Positions 43,288-51,604 of a stretch of DNA of 64,000 bases are shown piece by piece; the first letter of the stretch is position 1; the number at the start of each line of letters is the position of its first letter. Both the position numbers and the translations under genes were made by a program. The stretch is from NCBI GenBank assembly GCA_964587175.1, contig CAZPKK010000001.1:7684-71683 (forward strand). Direction: 5' to 3'. The DNA is from an uncultured Clostridium sp. GTDB taxonomy: Bacteria; Bacillota; Clostridia; TANB77; CAG-508. The notes beneath the pieces were generated by a model. That model was not told the origin of the DNA. It did not search any database and was given only the letters and a program-made list of their open reading frames with translations.

Positions 43288-43849
43288 TTGATAGCGATAA
43301 TTTTTACTTTGATATGATATGATCAAAGGTGTACATAATATCGTATGTGATGGGTTGTAATTCCCTATTCTTTTAATATGATATAATAGATATTTTCCAA
43401 ATGATTTATGCTAACACGTTGTAATTTCCTATTTTATTTTGATATGATATAATTTTATTGTAAGTATAAACATTTGATATACTGTTGTAATTCCCTATTT
43501 TATTTTGATATGATATAATTTAGGTACTGTGGAGGTGTCTGAAATATGAGTTGTAATTCCCTATTTTATTTTGATATGATATAATTTTAGACGTGGAAAC
43601 GACAAATAACCAGATGTTGTAATTCCCTATTTTATTTTGATATGATATAATAAAAAACTAATAAAAGGAGACGATGCAGATGTTGTAATTCCCTATTTTA
43701 TTTTGATATGATATAATTTTCAAAAATTGTATAAGTGGTTAAATCATGTTGTAATTCCCTATTTTATTTTGATATGATATAATATAAAGAATATGACTGT
43801 TATAGATTTGTTAGTTGTAATTCCCTATTTTATTTTGATATGATATAAT
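43288..43849 (+). CRISPR. CRISPR array, 36-bp repeat GTTGTAATTCCCTATTTTATTTTGATATGATATAAT, 10 repeats (3 degenerate at the cas-distal end), nine 30-bp spacers
   Basis: Perfect repeats start at 43484, 43550, 43616, 43682, 43748, 43814. One-mismatch repeat at 43418; degenerate copies at 43354-43387 and ~43288-43323. All spacers are exactly 30 bp. Each repeat ends in TGATATAAT (extended -10). Confidence 0.95.
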
Positions 43850-43862
43850 ATCCCATGAAAAA

Positions 43863-43897
43863 AGCTAGTATTTTCAAGTATTTACTAGCTTTTTTTG
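43863..43897. terminator. Bidirectional hairpin between the CRISPR array and cas2
   Basis: AGCTAGTA ... TACTAGCT 8-bp stem flanked by AAAAAA and TTTTTTT. Confidence 0.5.
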
Positions 43898-43945
43898 TTT
43901 AAAAAACAATTGAAATTCATGATAATTTTCTAAAATATAATGTTT

Positions 43946-44266
43946 TTAGAAAAAAGATAATGTCTCATACTCAACTGGTTTCTCATATTTTGATTTCTTT
44001 CCTAATAATATATCTACATTTTCATATTGTTTTTCTGTTATAACCAGAACTCTAATAGATCCCTCGTCTGGCACATTTGCTTTTAACCTTTGTTTATGCA
44101 ATTCTACCATATCATTTCCATTACAAACTCTCGCATAAACAGAAAACTGAATCATATAAAATCCATCTTTTAATAAGAAATTTCTAAATTGTGTTGCCAA
44201 TTTTCGTTCTCGTTTGGTTTTTACTGGCAAATCAAAAAATACCAATATTCTCATAAATTTATGCAT
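43946..44266 (-). CDS. cas2: CRISPR-associated endoribonuclease Cas2
   Basis: MRILVFFDLPVKTKRERKLATQFRNFLLKDGFYMIQFSVYARVC; 106 aa; overlaps the cas1 stop. Confidence 0.9.
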   Translation of the reverse strand: MHKFMRILVFFDLPVKTKRERKLATQFRNFLLKDGFYMIQFSVYARVCNGNDMVELHKQRLKANVPDEGSIRVLVITEKQYENVDILLGKKSKYEKPVEYETLSFF

Positions 44267-45161
44267 ACCTGTACTCTTCTAACTTAATCAAATTTGGTAA
44301 TTTAATTAAATTTTCTTTTCTATTCATACTAGTTGAAAAGCTTTTTATCATGTACTCGATAGCACCTTGAATATTAAATTTTTTGCCATCTATTAAAACC
44401 AAACAATTTACAATTTTAAATATTTCTTTTTTATTTTCTGGAGTTAATATATCATCATTTAAATTTACTTTTGTTAATACATACAAATCTACAATTGGTC
44501 TAAAGCATTCTATAAAGTCATCAGCTAAATTAAAGTTATTTAGCTGACTATGATGAAATATACCTATAGAGGGTTCAAAACCATACATAACTAATGTCCT
44601 CGCTATCATTCCTCTTATTATGGCATATCCATAGTTTAGAGCTGCATTTTGTATGCATTCTAAATCTCTATTAAATTCTTTTCCAAAAATAAGTTTAAAA
44701 TATAAACTTGCAGCTTTTGCTTCTACATTATTTTTATCTCCTGATGTAATTCCAATAACCATTTCTTCTAGTTTAGTATATTCTTTTATATCTAATTCTT
44801 TTAAGCATTTAGCTTGATTTTGTATCTTTACTTTTATTATGTCTTGCCATATCCTTTTTGTTAAAGGTTTAGACATTTCAATTTGCTTTTTTATATTTTT
44901 TAACTGCCTAGAATAATTATTAGTGCCTATTAAAACACCAGTTGGAAGATGTTTTTCATCACAAACATAAACAATTACATCATGCTCTATAAATTTCTTT
45001 AAAGTATAAGTACTAATAATGCTTCTTAAAGATTCGATACAAACACTATTTAAATCTTCTAATGGTATAGTTATTTCGTCATCTGTTTCCTTAACAACTA
45101 ATTGTTCATTTTTTATCTTTAGGTGCACATCATTTTGTAAATACACATTTCTAAAAGCCAC
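44259..45161 (-). CDS. cas1: CRISPR-associated endonuclease Cas1 (type II)
   Basis: 300 aa; N-terminal beta domain, conserved Cas1 core (NYGYAIIRGMIARTLVMYGFEPSIGIFH); between cas9 and cas2. Confidence 0.9.
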   Translation of the reverse strand: MAFRNVYLQNDVHLKIKNEQLVVKETDDEITIPLEDLNSVCIESLRSIISTYTLKKFIEHDVIVYVCDEKHLPTGVLIGTNNYSRQLKNIKKQIEMSKPLTKRIWQDIIKVKIQNQAKCLKELDIKEYTKLEEMVIGITSGDKNNVEAKAASLYFKLIFGKEFNRDLECIQNAALNYGYAIIRGMIARTLVMYGFEPSIGIFHHSQLNNFNLADDFIECFRPIVDLYVLTKVNLNDDILTPENKKEIFKIVNCLVLIDGKKFNIQGAIEYMIKSFSTSMNRKENLIKLPNLIKLEEYRYA

Positions 45162-45240
45162 AATTTTACGCTTAAAACACCTATCTATATAATGCTAGAA
45201 TGAATTAGTTTTAAGATAAATATATAAGCTTCCTCCTTCC

Positions 45241-48200
45241 TTACTTTTTTATGTTAAAAGGCATTCTTTTTTCTGGTATTTTCACTTCATGATAATTACC
45301 TAAAACATCAACTTCATATTTTTTGAATTCTTTTAGTGATTTTATTCCTAAGCTGGATTGTGTAAATTTGTTATCATGTGTTTGAATTGTTATTTGGGCA
45401 ACAGATATTCCTGCTTTTACATAATAAGCAAAAGTATCATCTACTTCTATCTGCTTTTCATTTTTATTATTTGGATTAAGTTTTATTTTGTTTTTTCCTT
45501 TAACATATATCAAATCTTTTGGATATATTGAAAATATAAAATCTCCATCTTTCATTTCTTTCCAATCTTCATATTGCTTAGCAGCAACACATGCCTTGTT
45601 TGGTAATTTATCCTTTATAGTATCACTTACATATATTGGAATAAAGTAATATCCTTCCCCTTCTACATAGAAAACATCTAATCTTACACATTCTCCATTT
45701 CCAGCAAATCCTTCTCCATTTTTTAGTTTTACGCCCAATGTTGTATTTGCTTCAATTTGCACTTTTCTAACTATTGGTCCTTTACTTCCATCTTTCCTTG
45801 ACTTATAAAAATCTTCTTTGAATGCTTCTTTTCCATTTCCGTTAAATTTAATTAATTGTTCTTTCAAAGCATTATATAATAATTTATCATCTTGCTTATT
45901 CTTTTCTAGATAACCTTCTATTTCTCCATTTTTATCTAATTTTAGTTTTGTTAGCTCTGTTTTAGTTATAGTTTTTAATTCTCCATTTTCTTCTTTTATA
46001 CCTCTTATTGTTTCTAGATGTGCCATTCCAGTCACTTTTCTTCTTGGCATTCTAGATACAAAAATAGGTTCTACATCTTCATAATCATCATAAGTAAATA
46101 TTTTTTCTGCATTCAAGCACTCAATCATTCTTTCCTTTGTTTTACAATTAACTCTTATATCTAGTTCTTTTCTAAATTTAGGCCATGGCTCTGGAAAATA
46201 TATTCCATTTTTTTCTTCGTATTCTTTTGCATCCAATATCTCTCCTGTTTCTAAATCAATATATTCTCCTTTATTGTTCATATATTTTCCATCATTATAT
46301 TGATAATATTTGGTTATCCTATTTATCATTCCTTGAGTAGTTATAGCTATAACTGCTGCATCTACTGCATGATGTATATCTCCATCTCTAGTTTTTTCTA
46401 TTCCCAATCTCTTTCTTATATGTGCTGTTACAGATCCATTTACTGTCCATACTTTTCTTTTAAAATTAGGATTATCAGAAAAATCCAGATGATTTCTAAC
46501 TAAATTATACATAAGTTTACTCATATATTGTGTATCTTGTATGTTTCTATCCTTCCAGTCTTTAGCATCTTCTTTAGTAAAATCTTCCCTTAATAATCTT
46601 CTTAGCTTTTTAGGATTCTTTATAATATTGCCGGGTTCTCACAACATATTCATCTATATCTCTTCCTATCTCTTTTTCATATTTATATGGTACTCTATTT
46701 CCTTTTTGCCTATTCTCACTAGCTAAAACTAAAACCTTATTATTATATGTATCATCAAAACACATACTATATGGAATAATATGGTCTACATCTACCACTT
46801 CTGTAAATAATTGTTCCACCGATATCTTTTTACCAGAATATACACAAATTCCATCTTGCTCTTCCCATAATTTGTATTTAACAATATCTTGTCCAGTTGG
46901 ATTTGATTTCCCTAGTTCTATAATTCTTTCTTTTATTCTTTCATTTTTACTCATATTTTCTTCTTGAGACTTTTCTATCTTTCTTCTGTCATTAAAGTTC
47001 TTACCAATTTCTCTCGCAAGTTCTATTACCACAACATCAGGCTTTCCATATTTAGCATTGTATCTAAGAGTTATAGCATTTAATACCTTTATAGCTTGAG
47101 AAATACCTCTTCTAACTACAGGATTAGATATTTCTTGTTCCAAATCTTTCAATCTTAGTTTTCTTTTCTTCTCTGTATTTACAGTTCCTCTAAAATCTTC
47201 ATAAACACTATCAACAGCTTTATCATATGTAACACCTTTTTCAAGTTCAAGTATTATTTTTTTCATAGCTTTAATAGATAAATTTCCAACTTTTGTAAAA
47301 CTTAATTTTAGTAATTCTTGAATAGCTTCATCAGATAAGTTTTGTGTATTTTCTTTCAAATATGCTATCCTCTTATCATCATTTTTATATACAGTTAAAG
47401 CATATCCAATACTATCTAATTCATCTGTAGATAATCTTTCTATATATCCTTTTTCTACTCTATTTAGTGCAGTTTTAATTTTATTATAGCTTTCAAATTC
47501 TTTAAATTTATTGGCTTTTTCCACTTCTTCATTTGTTTCATCAGACCACATTAATATGTTCTTATATGTAAGCATATTAAATCTTTCATTTCTTTCTAAT
47601 TTAAGCTCTTTCCTTAAAGTAGCATACGTTATACTTGCTTTTTCTTTTACTAATTTTATTATTATCTGTCTTTCTTCTTCAGTTAATTCTCTTTTCTCTA
47701 TCCTTCTTGTATCAAAATCATATTTATTAATTTTAATATGATTAATATCTTGTAATAATCTAAAATATTCAAAAATATAACTTGCTTTTGCTGCTCTTTT
47801 TTCATCTTTTTCAAAAGTGCAATTGCCTAGCATTTTTTCTATTTGATTTCCTGCATATGGACTAGGTTCTCCTGGTCCTTCATCAAAACTTCTTTGAGAC
47901 TCAAATATTTCTAAATATTCTTTTATAAAGTCATCAGTTATATTAGAATTTAACTCTTTTTGTTTTTCTAGTATCATTTTTATTTCATCAACTAATAACT
48001 TCCTAAGTGCTGTATTTTTGTATTCATTTATTGAGTTTTTTATCTTTATTTGTTTGTTTCCTTTTTTGTCTAATATGTATTCTCCATTTGAATTTTTTAG
48101 TTTAAATTTATCATCTTTTAAATACATTTCTGCTACTGTTCTATATCCTTTTTCTTTCATTAATTCTTCATTTTCTTTTGTAGCAGTAAGTAATTTTCCT

Positions 48201-48640
48201 GCATCATTTCCAGATGAATTTTCCTCTGATTTACTATTAGACTTATACCCTCTTTTTTTAACCATACTTATCAAAACTCTAGCTAAGTCTTTGTTTGTAA
48301 TTTTCTCATCTAAAGCCATTACTCTTAATTCATAAACATTAAATTGAAATCTATAATTTTCATATAAATTCTCTAGTTCTTTTTTGGAAATAATATTATA
48401 TCTCTCAAGTAGCCTCTTCGTTCTTTCAACTCTATGTTTCTTTCTTCTTAGCCTTCTTCTTAATCCTCTTGCATCTCTTCTGTTTTTAGCTAAAGGTGAA
48501 CCATCTTTTGGATTTTCTGCTGCATCAAAAATTCTTGATCCTAAATCAATTATTCTTTTTGGTTTTCCATTCTCATCATCTTCTATTGCTGCCCATCCAA
48601 CTGAAGTTATTCCGATATCTAGTCCGATTCTATAGCCCAT
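45241..48640 (-). pseudogene. cas9: cas9 (type II-C-like, ~1130 aa) interrupted by a +1 frameshift in a CCCGG run
   Basis: True start is the ATG at 48640 (MGYRIGLDIGITSVGWA, RuvC-I; AGGAGGGA RBS). HNH (DVDHIIPYS...NKVLVLASENRQKGNRVP) is in the upstream fragment. RuvC-III (DGDIHHAVDAAVIA) is in the downstream fragment. The frames overlap at 46613-46638; deleting one C/G at ~46631-46636 restores a continuous reading ...EYVVRTGNIIKNPKKLRRLLREDF... Confidence 0.85.
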
Positions 48641-48654
48641 ATTTTTCTCCCTCC

Positions 48655-48792
48655 TATAACTGAAGATAGCTGCCCTTTTAGAGGCAGCTAGAGCTTTACG
48701 ACTCATAGATTTTACAACAAAATCTAGGTCTTATTGTAATAACCTATTCTACTTTGATATGATATAATTTAATGTGCAATTCCCTTGCACGA
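48655..48792 (-). ncRNA. tracrRNA: Candidate tracrRNA
   Basis: On the - strand: sigma-A-like promoter TTGACA(48825-48820)-17 nt-TAGTAT(48802-48797), then a 36-nt near-copy of the repeat at 48733-48768 (4 mismatches). Transcribed antisense to the crRNAs, this gives the anti-repeat. It is followed by two hairpins (TAGATTTT-gttg-AAAATCTA and GC-rich TAGCTGCC-tctaaaag-GGCAGCTA), ending just before the cas9 RBS. Confidence 0.5.
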
Positions 48793-48905
48793 ATATATAC
48801 TATACTATTTTTACTTTGATGTCAAGCCCTTTTTACCTCTGCATTTTATTTTAACACAATTATGTAAATTTGTCATCTGTTTTTTAATTTAATTTTTATA
48901 AGACT

Positions 48906-49508
48906 CTAATATCCATAGTCTGCCTCTAATCCATTTTGTTCCCTATATATTCCTTTTACTAAATATTTTACAATATTTTTCATTTTATAAGATGCACCTA
49001 TTTCATAATCATTGTAATACATTCCATTTGCAGTGAAATCCTTTATATGTATCTCATATGATGAAATGTCAGAAACTTTTTCTATTGAATATGTTAATTC
49101 AAAATAATCCGAAAATAATTCATCACATATTTCTTTTGCTTGAGTTACACTCTCTTCTTTTATATACGCATAATTTCCTTGTAACTCTTCGTAGGCTTCT
49201 AACTGTTTTTTTATGTCTGAAAAATAAACCTTCTCCCCACTACTTTTAGTTATGTATTTGTCGTCATTACTATATGTTTCTATTTCAGATTTTGGAATTA
49301 CCTCATCTGTCCATTCGTCGTACTTGATATTATCACTAAATCCTGTATATCCATATTCTTGATATTCGTTATCTAATTCTCTTTTTACAGAGAAAATTAT
49401 AACTAGCAAGATGACTATTCCTATTAAAATTATCCATCGTAATTTATATAATATATAAATTCCACCTATTTGCGATAAAACGTCATTATTTTTCGACATT
49501 ATAAACAT
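48906..49508 (-). CDS. Hypothetical membrane-anchored protein
   Basis: 200-aa ORF with N-terminal TM (WIILIGIVILLVIIFSV); no domain recognised. Confidence 0.4.
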   Translation of the reverse strand: MFIMSKNNDVLSQIGGIYILYKLRWIILIGIVILLVIIFSVKRELDNEYQEYGYTGFSDNIKYDEWTDEVIPKSEIETYSNDDKYITKSSGEKVYFSDIKKQLEAYEELQGNYAYIKEESVTQAKEICDELFSDYFELTYSIEKVSDISSYEIHIKDFTANGMYYNDYEIGASYKMKNIVKYLVKGIYREQNGLEADYGY

Positions 49509-49726
49509 TCTCCTTTTACTAAATTTATATAATTATACATTGTCAAATAATAATAGTCTTCAATATACTTTACTTCATAGTTTACATCTAAACAATACTA
49601 AATTTATTGGTAAAAATCAATATGATGTGAATATAATTTAAATTCATAATTTTAAAAATTGTATTTTAATATCTCCAATATTATGTTATCATATTAGTAT
49701 AGTTCTAGAAATAAAAGGAGGAAACT

Positions 49727-50233
49727 ATGTATATAAATAAGGGAAAACGCACCATTTTAATTTTTCCAGAATTTAGTAATTTAGACGAAATACAAAAAAT
49801 CCGAAATAAATATGATCCATTAGCACAACTTATTCCCCCTCACATCACAATAGTATTTCCATTCTCAGATGATATCTCCAACGAGGAATTAATTTCAAAA
49901 TTAACTAATCTAATTAAATCTTTCTCACCTTTCAAAGTTATATTTAAAGGGCTATCTTTATCAAATGATAACTATATCTTCCTAAATTGCATAAAAGGCA
50001 ATGATGAAATTATACAATTACATGATGAAATTTATGCAAAAATACTACCAACACATCTAAAAAAATCTATAAAATATATTCCTCACATAACTTTAGGAAG
50101 AAGCAATTCCTTAGATGGCATAGAATTGGAAAAAGAATTTGAAACGTTTGTAAATGAAATAACTATTGAATTAGTTGGAGAAAATGAAGAATCAATTTTA
50201 ATAAAAAATATAAAATTAGGAGAGCCTTTATGA
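49727..50233 (+). CDS. 2H phosphoesterase superfamily protein (LigT/2'-5' RNA ligase-like)
   Basis: Two H-x-T-x motifs (PPHITIVFPF and PHITLGRS) in a ~170-aa protein. RBS AAAGGAGG. Confidence 0.7.
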   Translation: MYINKGKRTILIFPEFSNLDEIQKIRNKYDPLAQLIPPHITIVFPFSDDISNEELISKLTNLIKSFSPFKVIFKGLSLSNDNYIFLNCIKGNDEIIQLHDEIYAKILPTHLKKSIKYIPHITLGRSNSLDGIELEKEFETFVNEITIELVGENEESILIKNIKLGEPL

Positions 50234-50643
50234 ATGTTAAATTAGAATATTCCATATCTGTAGAGGAATTTTTGGAAATGGTTGAATCAGTTGGCTGGAA
50301 AACATACTCTAAAGATCAAGTTGAAAAAGCTCTAAAAAATACCATGTATATGGTAAAAGCAAGCATTGATGGAAAACTTGCAGGAATCGGCAGAGTCGTA
50401 GGAGATTATAGTATTGTTTGCATGCTAACAGATATCTGCGTAAAGCCTGAATTTCAATGAAAAGGAATTGGTTTAAAAATTATAAATGAATTAAAAAGAT
50501 TGATTGAAACTAATATAAAAGAAGGAGAAAAAATGCAAATCGAATTAACTCCTACAGCAGGAAAAGAAGCTTTTTATGAAAAGGCTGGTTTTAAATATAA
50601 ACCAGATAAAATTACCGGAATGTATTTATGGATAAAAAAATGA
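50230..50643 (+). pseudogene. GNAT family N-acetyltransferase with in-frame TGA (50458-50460) inside the acetyl-CoA-binding motif
   Basis: Translation reads ...DICVKPEFQ*KGIGLKIINEL...; canonical GNAT motif A is Q/R-x-x-G-x-G/A, so the stop replaces a residue of the motif. The frame continues to TGA at 50641-50643. Confidence 0.6.
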
Positions 50644-51229
50644 GATTAGCTTTTACAAAGTTGCTTGATTGAAACGCTTATTGTTCAATTTACTTAATCA
50701 CTCAAAATAAAGCAACTTAAATTTATATTGTAAAAATGGTAAAATGTAGGAAAAGAATTTATATGATAATACATATAAGTATTGTCAAGTTGCTTTACAT
50801 TTATTTTCTTACGAAATAGCAGAACATTTTTTGAAAAGATAAACGCCTGGCTAGTATAAATATACTAGCCTTTGTATTATATATAAAAGTATAAAATTTT
50901 CCTAGAATAAAAATAATTGCATAAGCAGTTTTTAGTATTTTTTATTGTTTTTTATTTTTTCCCTATTTTTTATTTTTATAATAACTCATTTGTAAATTGC
51001 TTTAACAGAATTATTTTATTATTAAATATGAATCTTGAAGTATATACCTTCGGGTTATGAGTAAAGCTCGTAAAGTATTGGTAAATCTAGCTTTGAGATG
51101 TATTTGTTGGTATATTTGGTGTGCCCAATTTTTTAGCTTTGTAAATTTATGTGATTTTGGGTTATTTTTGGGCAGTTGTGTGCCCATTTTGAGCCCAATT
51201 ATTTTAATAAATTTATGGAGGTTTTGGTT

Positions 51230-51526
51230 ATGAATAGAAAATATTTTTGTTGTTTTAATAATATGAATGTAAATAATAATGACAATGAATTATTTAATAA
51301 TTGGATTGAGTTTAGATTTGAAAAATTAGAAAGTAATTTAACTGACGAAGATAGAAAACATTCTCTTAATTATGATACTTTTTGCGAAAATATTCTTGAT
51401 GTTATTCCTGATAAAGATTCTGGTTATGTTTCTGATATTCTTGATGATTTTAGAGAAGAGTTATTAAATCATTGTGTTTATTGGAATGAGAAGTATTATA
51501 TGACTGGAGTTAATGATGTTATTTAA
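51230..51526 (+). CDS. Hypothetical small protein (98 aa)
   Basis: ATG at 51230 preceded by GGAGGTTTTGGTT; no domain recognised. Confidence 0.4.
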   Translation: MNRKYFCCFNNMNVNNNDNELFNNWIEFRFEKLESNLTDEDRKHSLNYDTFCENILDVIPDKDSGYVSDILDDFREELLNHCVYWNEKYYMTGVNDVI

Positions 51527-51564
51527 TTTATTGCTAATGTTTTAAATTTATAGCATATAAAATA

Positions 51565-51600
51565 AAGTGGGCAATTTGAATTTTCATTGTCCACTTTAAA
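51565..51600. terminator. Bidirectional terminator hairpin AGTGGGCAAT-ttgaattttc-ATTGTCCACT (one G.U pair)
   Basis: 10-bp stem between convergent genes ending at 51526 (+) and 51605 (-); T-rich flank on the - strand. Confidence 0.55.
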
Positions 51601-51604
51601 ATAT

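Noticed and set aside
43288-43849. Self-targeting spacers matching this window
   Set aside because: By eye none of the nine spacers matches elsewhere in the 64-kb window. A proper search was not possible here.
48641-48706. N-terminal extension of the cas9 ORF (MSRKALAASKRAAIFSYRREKN)
   Set aside because: No RBS. The internal ATG at 48640 has a perfect AGGAGGGA RBS and starts exactly at the conserved RuvC-I motif. The extension overlaps the candidate tracrRNA terminator.
48733-48768. Repeat-like sequence upstream of cas9 interpreted as an orphan CRISPR repeat or second array
   Set aside because: Single copy, no flanking spacers or further repeats. Its position and the downstream hairpins fit a tracrRNA anti-repeat better. 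It does keep the TGATATAAT box, so + strand transcription cannot be excluded.
50458-50460. In-frame TGA in the GNAT gene as selenocysteine or programmed recoding
   Set aside because: No recognisable downstream stem-loop (SECIS-like). The position is a Gly-rich structural motif, not a redox site. A nonsense mutation or sequencing error is more parsimonious.
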